Source of the DNA: Methylorubrum extorquens
Lineage (GTDB): Bacteria; Pseudomonadota; Alphaproteobacteria; Rhizobiales; Beijerinckiaceae
DNA length: 32,000 nt
Direction of reading: 5' to 3'
NCBI GenBank assembly: GCA_900234795.1
Contig: LT962688.1
Location: 3,000,001-3,032,000 of the forward strand
Positions 20,629 through 28,519 of this stretch are shown piece after piece; the stretch's first letter is position 1; each line of letters starts with the position of its first letter. The notes below the pieces were generated by a model. The model did not search any database and had not been told where the DNA came from. It was given only the letters and a program-made list of their open reading frames with translations. The translations under genes were made by a program, and so were the position numbers.

Positions 20629-20676
20629 GACATCGTCTTTTCCCGAAAGCCGGTGGCCAGCTTTCGGGACGATGTC
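20629..20676. repeat. nested-stem palindromic intergenic repeat, copy B
   Basis: GACATCGTCTTTTCCCGAAAGCCGGTGGCCAGCTTTCGGGACGATGTC. Outer stem is ACATCGTC/GACGATGT and inner stem is CCCGAAAG/CTTTCGGG. It differs from copy A at only a few positions. Confidence 0.7.
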
Positions 20677-20725
20677 CTAAGGGAAGCCCTTCTTCCATCT
20701 GGAACCAGCGAGGCAACGGGCTTTC

Positions 20726-22624
20726 ATGGCGAGCGCCACGGACCACGCCAGCTTCCTGCCGCCGGTGCTGACCTTCCTGTCGGCGGCGGTGATCGGCGTG
20801 CCACTCGTGCGCCTGCTCGGCCAGAGCGCGGTGCTGGGCTATCTCGTTGCCGGCGTGGTGATCGGCCCGGCCGGCTTCTCGTTGATCGCCGAGCCCGAGA
20901 CGGCGGCGAGCGTCGCCGAGATCGGCGTGGTGCTGCTGCTCTTCATCGTCGGGCTCGAACTCGAGATCTCGCGGCTCGTCTCGATGCGGCGCGACATCTT
21001 CGGGCTCGGCGCCGCGCAATTGGCGCTGTGTTCGCTCGTCATCGCGGGCGCCGCTCTCGCCTATGGCTTGACGCCGGCCGCAGCGAGTGTCGTCGGCATC
21101 GCCATCGCGCTCTCGGCCACCGCGGTCGCACTCCAGTTGCTGGAGGAGCGCGGCGATCTCGGCTCGCCCTATGGCGGGCGCTCCTTCGCAGTGCTCCTGT
21201 TCCAGGACATCTCGGTGGTGGCGATCCTGGCGTTGCTGCCGCTGCTCGCCTCGGCCGGCGCCACCCCGAAGGACGGCTGGCTCGACGAGGGCCTGCGCTC
21301 CACCGGCCGCGCCGCGGTCGCCGTCGCGGGCGTGGTGCTCGTCGGGCGCTACGGCCTGAACCCGTTCTTCCGTTTGCTCGCGGCGGCGGGCGGACGCGAG
21401 GTGATGACGGCGGCCGCGCTTCTCGTGGTGCTCGGGACGGCGCTGGTGATGGAAAAGGCCGGCCTCTCGATGGCGATGGGCGCCTTCCTCGCGGGCGTGA
21501 TGCTCGCCGAGTCGAACTTCCGCCATCAGCTCGAGGCCGACATCGAGCCGTTCCGCGGCATGCTGCTCGGTCTGTTCTTCATGAGCGTCGGCATGTCGAT
21601 CGACGGCGGCCTGCTCACGAACCACTGGCTGGCGCTGCTCGCCGCGACCATGGCCGCGATCGCGGTGAAGATCGCCCTGGTCGCCGGGCTGTTCCGCCTG
21701 TTCGGCTCGCCCTGGCTCGACGCCCTGCGCGGCGCGGCGGTGCTGGCGCCGGCCGGCGAGTTCGCCTTCGTGATCCTGCCGGCGGCGGGCGACCTGCGCA
21801 TCCTCGCCTCGGACGTGACCCGCTTCTGCGTCGCGCTTGCCGCCCTCACCATGCTGGTCGGGCCCATCGCCGCCAAGGGGCTCGACGCCCTCATCGCCCG
21901 CCGCCCGAAGGAGGCCGAGCCGCCCTCCGACGTCGGCGAAGCGCAGGAATCCGGCGATACCCGGGTGCTGGTCGTGGGCTTCGGCCGCTTCGGCCAGATC
22001 CTGGCGCAGGTGCTGCTGGCGGAGGGCATCAACATCACCGTCATCGACAAGGACGTCGAGCAGATCCGCAACGCGACGAGCTTCGGCTTCCGGATCTATT
22101 ACGGCGACGGCACCCGGCTCGACGTGCTGCGCGCCTCCGGCCTCGCCAAGGCGGACTTGATCTGCGTCTGCATCGACGACGCGCCGGCCGCTTTGAAGAT
22201 CGTCGACATCGTCCACGAGGAGTTCCCGAACGTGCGCACCTATGTGCGGGCCTATGACCGCACGCACGCCATCGAGCTGATGAATCGCGACGTCGATTTC
22301 CAGCTTCGCGAGACCGTCGAATCCGCCCTCGGCTTCGGCCGCGCCACTCTTGAGAGCCTGGGATTGACCGCCGAGGCCGCCGCGCGGCGCGTCGAGGACG
22401 TGCGCAAGCGTGACGTCGCCCGACTCGTGTTGCAGCAGGCGGGGGCGATGCCGGACGGCTCCGGCTGGCTGCGCGGTACGCCGGAACTGCGGCCCGAGCC
22501 GCTCACCGCGCCGAAAAGGCCCTCGCGGGCGCTCAGTGCCGAGACCCGCGGCCTGATCGAGCAGCAGCCGCACGAATCCGCCGCCCGCGCGCTCGAACCC
22601 GAGGATGCCGAGCCGAATGCCTGA
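20726..22624 (+). CDS. monovalent cation:proton antiporter-2 (CPA2) family K+ efflux protein, KefB/KefC-like
   Basis: 632 aa. Polytopic Na/H-exchanger-type N-domain and a C-terminal RCK/TrkA-N fold (VLVVGFGRFGQILAQVLLAEGINITVIDKD). Confidence 0.88.
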   Translation: MASATDHASFLPPVLTFLSAAVIGVPLVRLLGQSAVLGYLVAGVVIGPAGFSLIAEPETAASVAEIGVVLLLFIVGLELEISRLVSMRRDIFGLGAAQLALCSLVIAGAALAYGLTPAAASVVGIAIALSATAVALQLLEERGDLGSPYGGRSFAVLLFQDISVVAILALLPLLASAGATPKDGWLDEGLRSTGRAAVAVAGVVLVGRYGLNPFFRLLAAAGGREVMTAAALLVVLGTALVMEKAGLSMAMGAFLAGVMLAESNFRHQLEADIEPFRGMLLGLFFMSVGMSIDGGLLTNHWLALLAATMAAIAVKIALVAGLFRLFGSPWLDALRGAAVLAPAGEFAFVILPAAGDLRILASDVTRFCVALAALTMLVGPIAAKGLDALIARRPKEAEPPSDVGEAQESGDTRVLVVGFGRFGQILAQVLLAEGINITVIDKDVEQIRNATSFGFRIYYGDGTRLDVLRASGLAKADLICVCIDDAPAALKIVDIVHEEFPNVRTYVRAYDRTHAIELMNRDVDFQLRETVESALGFGRATLESLGLTAEAAARRVEDVRKRDVARLVLQQAGAMPDGSGWLRGTPELRPEPLTAPKRPSRALSAETRGLIEQQPHESAARALEPEDAEPNA

Positions 22625-24098
22625 GGCGGGCACAGGCGCCGTGCCGGACCGGGACGGAGGCGCGGCGCGCTTCGTCTCGGGCTCGATCCTGCGACACGTC
22701 GTGGTGATGAGCGCGACCGGCTCCGTCGGCCTGATGGCGATCTTCGCCGTCGATCTGCTGTCGCTGTTCTACGTCTCGAAGCTCGGCGACCCGGCGCTCA
22801 CCGCCGCGGTCGGATTCGCCTCGATCGTCCAGTTCTTCGCCATCGCCTTCAATATCGGCCTGATGATCGCGGCCGGCGCCCTGGTCTCGCGGGCGATCGG
22901 AGCAAACGATCCGGCCGATGCGCGGCGGATCGCGACCTCGGTCACCGTCCATTGCGTGGTCGCCTCGGCTCTGCTGGCCGCCTTCCTGCTCGCCGTGCTC
23001 GACCCGCTGCTCTCGGCCATCGGTGCGGAGGGGCACACCCTCGACGTCGCCCGGCGCTATCTCTGGATCAGCCTGCCGTCGAACCTGTTGCTCGGGCCGG
23101 GCATGCTGTTCACTGGCCTTCTGCGCGCGGTCGGCGCAGCGCGGGAGGCGATGTATGTCACCCTCGGCGGCGCCGTCATCACCGTCTTCGTCGATCCGCT
23201 GCTGATCTTCGGCCTCGGGCTCGGCGTGGACGGAGCCGCGCTCGCGGTCTGCGTGGCCCGCATCACCTTCGTCGCCGTCGGCTGGATCGGCGTCTGGCGC
23301 TACCGGTTGCTCGAAGCGCCCCGCCTCACGGCCGTTATCGGCGATCTGCCGCTGGTGACGCGGATCGCCGGGCCGGCGGTGCTCACCAACCTCGCCCCCT
23401 CGATCGCCAGCGCCTTCGTGGCGCACGCCTTGTCCGGCTTCGGACCTCCGGCGATCGCCGGGAACGTGGTGATCGAGCGCCTCGCCCCGGTCGCCTTCTG
23501 CGGGCTGTTCGCGATGTCGGGCTCGATCGGTCCGATCCTCGGCCAGAACTGGGGCGCCGGGCGCTTCGACCGGATGAGGGGCGTGCTCCGCGTCGGTGCG
23601 GCGGTGACCGCGCTCTACGTCGTCGTCGTCTGGCTGCTCCTCACCCTGGCGCGGGCGCCGCTGGCCGGTGCCTTCGAACTTCAGGGCGTGGCGGCCGATC
23701 TGTTCGCCTTCTTCTGTCTGGTGAGCGGGCCGGTCTGGTTCTTCAACGGGCTGCTGTTCCTCGCCAACGCCGCGTTCAACAATCTCGGCTTCCCCTTCCT
23801 CTCGACCCTGCTGAACTGGGGCCGGGCGACGGTGGGCACCGTCCCGCCCGCTCTTCTGGGGGCGGCGTGGTACGGACCGGAGGGCGTGATCGCCGGCACC
23901 GGCCTCGGCTCGATCGCCTTCGGGGTGGCCGGCCTCGCCCTCGCCTTCCGCACCGTGGGCCGGCTCGAACGCGGCATGAGCCTCGCGGCAGGCCCCGCAC
24001 CCGAGCCACCCTCCGCCGACGGGGCAGTGCAGACCGCCCCCGCCAGCGGAATGATCGTTGCAGTCGGAAAAGCGAACGTGGAAGCCGGCACGGGCTGA
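22605..24098 (+). CDS. MATE family efflux transporter
   Basis: 497 aa with about 12 TM segments. Contains ...ILRHVVVMSATGSVGLMAIFAVDLLSLFYVSKLGDPALTAAVGFA.... The start overlaps the kef stop by 20 nt. Confidence 0.85.
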   Translation: MPSRMPEAGTGAVPDRDGGAARFVSGSILRHVVVMSATGSVGLMAIFAVDLLSLFYVSKLGDPALTAAVGFASIVQFFAIAFNIGLMIAAGALVSRAIGANDPADARRIATSVTVHCVVASALLAAFLLAVLDPLLSAIGAEGHTLDVARRYLWISLPSNLLLGPGMLFTGLLRAVGAAREAMYVTLGGAVITVFVDPLLIFGLGLGVDGAALAVCVARITFVAVGWIGVWRYRLLEAPRLTAVIGDLPLVTRIAGPAVLTNLAPSIASAFVAHALSGFGPPAIAGNVVIERLAPVAFCGLFAMSGSIGPILGQNWGAGRFDRMRGVLRVGAAVTALYVVVVWLLLTLARAPLAGAFELQGVAADLFAFFCLVSGPVWFFNGLLFLANAAFNNLGFPFLSTLLNWGRATVGTVPPALLGAAWYGPEGVIAGTGLGSIAFGVAGLALAFRTVGRLERGMSLAAGPAPEPPSADGAVQTAPASGMIVAVGKANVEAGTG

Positions 24099-24335
24099 TT
24101 GTCGGCTATTCCAAGGGAAATCGCCGCGGAATCGGGGTTATCGCTGGCCAGCCTCGCCCGGTTGCGACACACTCTCGACCGAGGCCGTTCCGGCGAGCCT
24201 TCGGACGTGAGTGTCGGCGGTCATCACCGGTGCGCGTCCAGAATGCGGATGGACTCGCATCATGGACACGTTGTCATGGTGAGGCCCGGAGGCGTTCGGC
24301 ACCCGGACCGTTGCTGCTCGCTGAGGCGCCCGGCC

Positions 24336-25106
24336 ATGTACACGATGTTCGACATCCTGCAGAGCCAGGGCGACGCGAGCGTGCGGGCCTTCGGGCAGCA
24401 ATTCGGTCTCTCGCCAGAGCAGACCCGCCGCGCCATGGAGGCGCTGCTGCCGGCGCTGTCGATGGGCATGCAACGCAACGCGGCGGCCGATCCGATGGGG
24501 TTCGGGCGCATGTTCGGGTTCGGCCAGCCGGGAAAAGCGCCGCCACAGGCCGGTGCGGATATGTTTTCAGGCCTGTTCGGCTCACCCATGATCGCTCAGG
24601 CGGTGATCCAGCAAGCGTCGGCGGCGAGCGGCGTCGGGAGCCAGGCCCTCAGGCAGATGCTGCCGATCATGGCCGGCATGATCGTGGCCGGCATCGTCCA
24701 CCTGCTTCTCAACCCGCCCGCCGGGGCACCGGCCGCCGAGCCCGCGCCACCCACCTACCCGGTCGGCACGCTCTGGACGGACTGGCTCAACGGCCTCACC
24801 GCCGCGGCGGGACAGATGGCCTCCCCTCCTCCGCCTGCGGCGCGCAAGCCCGAGCCGCGCCCGGCCATGCGTAAGGCAGAGGCGGCGCCGACACCGGATG
24901 CGACCAAGGCCTCGATGGAAGTGATCCAGCAAATGCTCCAGACCGGAGCCGAGGTTCAGGAGCAGAACGTCAAGGCGATGAAAGACGCGTTCGACGCGTT
25001 CTGGAGCCAGCCGAAGCCGGAGGATCCGAAGCCCAGAGCCGGAGCCGCTCCGACCGCCGGAAGGGACGCAGCTTCCGCAAGGCGCAAGCCGGTCGGGCCG
25101 AAATAG
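24336..25106 (+). CDS. DUF937 domain-containing protein
   Basis: ATG 24336 (MYTMFDILQSQGDASVRAFGQQFGLSPEQTRRAMEALLPALSMGMQRN...). The upstream part of ORF 24099..25106 is Arg/His-rich junk. Confidence 0.7.
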   Translation: MYTMFDILQSQGDASVRAFGQQFGLSPEQTRRAMEALLPALSMGMQRNAAADPMGFGRMFGFGQPGKAPPQAGADMFSGLFGSPMIAQAVIQQASAASGVGSQALRQMLPIMAGMIVAGIVHLLLNPPAGAPAAEPAPPTYPVGTLWTDWLNGLTAAAGQMASPPPPAARKPEPRPAMRKAEAAPTPDATKASMEVIQQMLQTGAEVQEQNVKAMKDAFDAFWSQPKPEDPKPRAGAAPTAGRDAASARRKPVGPK

Positions 25107-25255
25107 GGAGCGTCGGACGGCTGGTTTTACCAGGCTGGCAACGCTCGGCTTCGTCCGATCGCGGCGCCAGACGACAGGTCATTTCGCTGTCTCGCTGGAG
25201 AGAGCAACGGGCCGGCGCCGCATGATCGAGCCGGCCTGATTCCATTCGCATCTGA

Positions 25256-25426
25256 CTACTCGAACACAAACAGTTCGAAGATCTTGGGAAAGAAACTTCC
25301 CAGGGCGGTTCCGTACGCGCGGAAGGCGCCGATGACTGCGATCCCGATGAAGGTGCTGACCAATCCATACTCGATGGCAGTCGCCCCCGATTCATGACGC
25401 GCGAAGCGGACGAGAGACCGGTACAA
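25256..25426 (-). CDS. Flp family type IVb pilin
   Basis: Begins (TTG)YRSLVRFARHESGATAIEYGLVSTFIGIAVIGAF.... This is the G/xxxxEY processing motif plus a hydrophobic helix, 56 aa from TTG 25426. The codons between ATG 25576 and 25426 have poor third-position G/C. Confidence 0.7.
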   Translation of the reverse strand: MYRSLVRFARHESGATAIEYGLVSTFIGIAVIGAFRAYGTALGSFFPKIFELFVFE

Positions 25427-25544
25427 AGGTCGGGCAGATTTCGGGACGGGCGCGGATGGAGGAAGCAGAGACACGGCGCATCGTCCCGGAGGTGAGGCAA
25501 TGACCTGATTCTGCCAGCCTGAACTTGCAGCGAGCTTAAGGGAA

Positions 25545-25572
25545 TTGAAGAAAACGGCGGCATTACCCGCCG
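25545..25572 (-). terminator. rho-independent terminator between the DUF3072 gene and flp
   Basis: The minus strand reads CGGCGG-GTAATG-CCGCCG followed by TTTTCTTC. Confidence 0.55.
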
Positions 25573-25694
25573 ACACGTCTCATTCGACGGCCACTGCGTT
25601 CACGAACGGGGCGACGGGCGATGGATCGCCGAACCTGCGTCCCGCTCCCCTCGCCCGCTCGCCTCGGGGCCGCCTCACCCCGCGAAACGGTCGA

Positions 25695-25736
25695 GCATCA
25701 TCCCCGAAAAGCGGCTAACGCCTTCCGGAATGATGC
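25695..25736. repeat. nested-stem palindromic intergenic repeat, diverged copy C
   Basis: GCATCATCCCCGAAAAGCGGCTAACGCCTTCCGGAATGATGC. Outer stem GCATCAT/ATGATGC is perfect; the inner stem CCGAAAAGC/GCCTTCCGG is imperfect. It lies 12 nt 3' of the DUF3072 stop. Confidence 0.55.
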
Positions 25737-25747
25737 CCTTGGCCGAT

Positions 25748-26011
25748 TCAGGCCTTGCCGGTGTCCTTGCGCAGGGCGTCGATGCGCTTGGAGGCCTCTG
25801 CCTTGTCGAGATCGGCTTCGAACGCTTCCGGTGCCTTGGCCTGCTCGGACAGGGTCTTGAGGTAGGAGGCCTGCGCGCCCGTCATCGGCTCGGCGCCGGT
25901 CGTCCACTCGTCGGGATCCTTGATCCGGTTCGACTCGTCGGTCGGATCGACTTTCGGATTCTCGGCCGCAGCCTGGTCCTTGGTGGTTTTGCTGGTCGTC
26001 TTGCCGGTCAT
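25748..26011 (-). CDS. DUF3072 domain-containing protein
   Basis: 87 aa from ATG 26011. Contains ...DPDEWTTGAEPMTGAQASYLKTLSEQAKAPEAFEADLDKAEASKRIDALR.... It is the only meaningful part of ORF 25748..26938. Confidence 0.7.
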   Translation of the reverse strand: MTGKTTSKTTKDQAAAENPKVDPTDESNRIKDPDEWTTGAEPMTGAQASYLKTLSEQAKAPEAFEADLDKAEASKRIDALRKDTGKA

Positions 26012-26040
26012 CGGGGCACCCGTTCGTTCATGGATTGTTC

Positions 26041-26095
26041 CAAAAAACGCGGGGCTCTCCGCTAAGTTCCGGGCACGGCGAGTCGCGCCCGGAAC
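26041..26095 (-). terminator. terminator region after ilvE
   Basis: The minus strand has a perfect 9-bp hairpin GTTCCGGGC/GCCCGGAAC. A short GCGG..CCGC hairpin follows, directly followed by TTTTTT. Confidence 0.55.
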
Positions 26096-26112
26096 CGGTG
26101 ATCTTGCAATCC

Positions 26113-27000
26113 TCAGGCGGCGGCCGCCCGCGGCTGCACCTCGGCGAGATAGTCGTCCATCAGCGTCTTGGTCAGCGCCGCCGGGGTGAAGCGGTAGGGG
26201 CCGATCTCGGAGACCGGGGTCACCTCTGCGGCCGATCCGGTGATGAAGCACTCGGAGAAGCCCGTCATCTCCTCGGGGCGGATGCGCCGCTCGATCACCT
26301 CGATCCCGCGGCGCTTGGCCAGCTCGATCACGGTCTGGCGGGTGATGCCATTGAGAAAGCGGTCGGCCTGGGGCGTGTGGATCACGCCGTCGGCGATGAA
26401 GAACACGTTGGCGCCGGTGCATTCGGCGACGTTGTCCTCCCAATCGAGCATCAGCGCGTCGGCATAGCCCTTGTTCTCGGCGCGGTGCTTGGAGATCGTG
26501 CAGATCATGTAGAGACCCGCCGCCTTCGAGGTGGAAGGCGCGGTGCGCGGATCGGGGCGGCGGTAATCGGCGATGTCGAGCCGGATTCCCTTCATCTTGG
26601 TCTCCGGATCGAAGTAGCTCGGCCATTCCCAGGCGGCGATGGCGAGATGGATGGTGTTCTTCTGCGCCGCGACGCCCATCATCTCCGAGCCACGCCACGC
26701 CACGGGGCGCAGATAGGCGTCCTGCAAGCCGCTGGTCGCGAGAACCTGGGCTTTCGCCGCCTCGATCTGATCGACCGAGTACGGGATCTCGAAATCGAGG
26801 AGCTGGGCCGATTGGCGCAGGCGCTCGGAATGCTGGCGGCTCTTGAAGATCCGGCCGCCATAGGCCCGTTCGCCTTCGAACACCGACGAACCGTAGTGGA
26901 GGCCGTGGCTGAGCACATGGATCTTCGCCTCGCGCCACGGCACCATGGCGCCGTCGAACCAGATCGTACCTTCGCGCTCATCGAAGGGAATCACGGACAT
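26113..27000 (-). CDS. ilvE: branched-chain amino acid aminotransferase (class IV)
   Basis: 295 aa, beginning MSVIPFDEREGTIWFDGAMVPWREAKIHVLSHGLHYGSSVFEGERAY.... Confidence 0.93.
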   Translation of the reverse strand: MSVIPFDEREGTIWFDGAMVPWREAKIHVLSHGLHYGSSVFEGERAYGGRIFKSRQHSERLRQSAQLLDFEIPYSVDQIEAAKAQVLATSGLQDAYLRPVAWRGSEMMGVAAQKNTIHLAIAAWEWPSYFDPETKMKGIRLDIADYRRPDPRTAPSTSKAAGLYMICTISKHRAENKGYADALMLDWEDNVAECTGANVFFIADGVIHTPQADRFLNGITRQTVIELAKRRGIEVIERRIRPEEMTGFSECFITGSAAEVTPVSEIGPYRFTPAALTKTLMDDYLAEVQPRAAAA

Positions 27001-27107
27001 CTCTCGAAGTTCCTCTGCGCGGCCTCGGCGAAGCGCGGGGTCGTCGGGTGGGGCAAATGCCGGCGCGCGGACGCAGAACGATGCAGCGAGCGGCTGGACC
27101 GGCAGGG

Positions 27108-27136
27108 TTGACGGGTAACAACGGGGCTGAGATATG
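27108..27136 (+). promoter_or_regulatory. possible sigma-70-type promoter of the marR operon (TTGACG-N17-GATATG)
   Basis: A -35-like TTGACG and, 17 nt later, GATATG. A GTTGAC...GTCAAC inverted repeat spans it. If real, ATG 27134 cannot be the start codon. Confidence 0.3.
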
Positions 27137-27220
27137 TCAACAACACTGACTTATCTTCCCGGGCTATCCGGAGCCCCGCGATCCGCCGCCGACCGAGGTT
27201 TTCACGACGTGAATCGTGTG

Positions 27221-27784
27221 ATGACGCCAGATGCCGACATGGCGGTACAGGCTCCCGGTGAGGCGTCCCTCCCGAGCTGTCCTGCCGCGGGCGGCGACAG
27301 CGACGACCTGATCGAGCTCTTGTTCTTCGCCTATCGCGATTTCGTCGGCGATCCCGACCGGATTTTGGCGCAATACGGCTTCGGCCGGGCGCATCACCGG
27401 GTGCTGCATTTCGTCGATCGCTATCCCGGCCTCACCATCGCCGAACTCCTCGATATCCTGCGCATCACCAAACAGAGCCTCAACCGGGTACTCAAGGATT
27501 TGATCGATCAGGGCTATGTTGAGCAGCAGACCGGCACGAGCGACCGGCGCCAGCGGCTCCTGTTCTGCACCCCGTCCGGCCGGGCGCTGACGGCTGACCT
27601 GACGCGGGTTCAGGTCCGGCGGATCGTGCGGGCGCTCGATGCGCCGTCCGAGGATGACGAGGCCGAGAGCGGGCGCGAGGCCCGCGCGGCCTCCGCCCAG
27701 GATTTCCTGCTCGCGATGATCGAGCCGGCCGAGCGCGCCGCGATCCGCCGGCTGATGGCACGCCGCACGACGGGGCGCGCCTGA
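27221..27784 (+). CDS. MarR family transcriptional regulator
   Basis: Winged helix ...HHRVLHFVDRYPGLTIAELLDILRITKQSLNRVLKDLIDQGYVEQQTGTSDRRQRLL.... The ORF opens at ATG 27134, but its first ~29 codons have poor third-position G/C. The start is probably 27221 or 27239. The stop overlaps the next start (TGATG). Confidence 0.8.
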   Translation: MTPDADMAVQAPGEASLPSCPAAGGDSDDLIELLFFAYRDFVGDPDRILAQYGFGRAHHRVLHFVDRYPGLTIAELLDILRITKQSLNRVLKDLIDQGYVEQQTGTSDRRQRLLFCTPSGRALTADLTRVQVRRIVRALDAPSEDDEAESGREARAASAQDFLLAMIEPAERAAIRRLMARRTTGRA

Positions 27785-28512
27785 TGTCGGCCGAAAGCGC
27801 CCTTAGGGCACGCCCCGAGCTTCCCGACCACGCGCCCCATATCCTGCTCGTCGATGACGACCGGCGGGTGCGCGAACTCCTGTCCCGCTTCCTCTCGGAG
27901 CAGGGTTTCCGGGTCACAGCGGCGGCGAACGCGGCCGAGGCGCGCCTGCGCGGACAGTGCTTCGTGTTCGACGCCCTCGTGCTCGACGTGATGATGCCCG
28001 GCGAGAGCGGTTTTGACTATGCCCGCTCGGTGCGCGAGACCTCGCGCGTACCGATCCTGATGCTGACGGCCCGCTCCAACCCCAACGACCGGGTCACGGG
28101 CCTGGAGATCGGCGCCGACGACTATCTGCCCAAGCCCTTCGAGCCGCGCGAGCTGATCCTGCGGCTCAACAACATCATCCGCCGCCACGCCGCCGTGCCG
28201 GAAGCCCGCTTCTGCGGCGACGACGCAGTCAGCTTCGGCCCGTTCAGCTTCCGCATCGACCGGGGCGAGTTGCGCCGGGAGAACGAGCCGGTGAAGATCA
28301 CCGAGCGCGAGCGCGAAATCCTGACCATGTTGGCCCAGACCCGCGGCGGCAATGTCGAGCGCGAGACGCTCGCGGGCAATGGCGGATTGGCGGCCGAACG
28401 CACCATCGACGTGCAGATCAACCGTCTGCGCCGTAAGATCGAGCCGGACCCGGCCAATCCGAGCTTCCTGCACACCGTCCGCGGCGTCGGCTACCGCCTC
28501 GCCATCGATTGA
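27784..28512 (+). CDS. OmpR/PhoB-family response regulator
   Basis: Receiver ...ILLVDDDRRVRELL...LVLDVMMPGESGF...LTAR...GADDYLPKPFEPRELILR, plus a winged-helix C-domain ending ...LHTVRGVGYRLAID. Confidence 0.92.
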   Translation: MSAESALRARPELPDHAPHILLVDDDRRVRELLSRFLSEQGFRVTAAANAAEARLRGQCFVFDALVLDVMMPGESGFDYARSVRETSRVPILMLTARSNPNDRVTGLEIGADDYLPKPFEPRELILRLNNIIRRHAAVPEARFCGDDAVSFGPFSFRIDRGELRRENEPVKITEREREILTMLAQTRGGNVERETLAGNGGLAAERTIDVQINRLRRKIEPDPANPSFLHTVRGVGYRLAID

Positions 28513-28519
28513 GGCCTTC

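Noticed and set aside
20363-22633. 756-aa minus-strand ORF and 575-aa plus-strand ORF 20530..22257
   Set aside because: These are antisense to, or out of frame with, the CPA2 antiporter gene. Their composition is Arg/His/Gly-rich.
22952-24874. 640-aa plus-strand ORF
   Set aside because: It is out of frame across the MATE and DUF937 genes and is Arg-rich junk.
25427-25576. 50-residue N-terminal extension of the Flp pilin (ATG 25576)
   Set aside because: Third-position G/C in these codons is poor, and a 64-residue leader is atypical for Flp prepilins. TTG 25426 is preferred, with the start still uncertain.
25748-26938. 396-aa minus-strand ORF
   Set aside because: Only the last 87 codons (from ATG 26011) form a recognisable DUF3072 protein. 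The upstream part overlaps ilvE out of frame and crosses the ilvE terminator.
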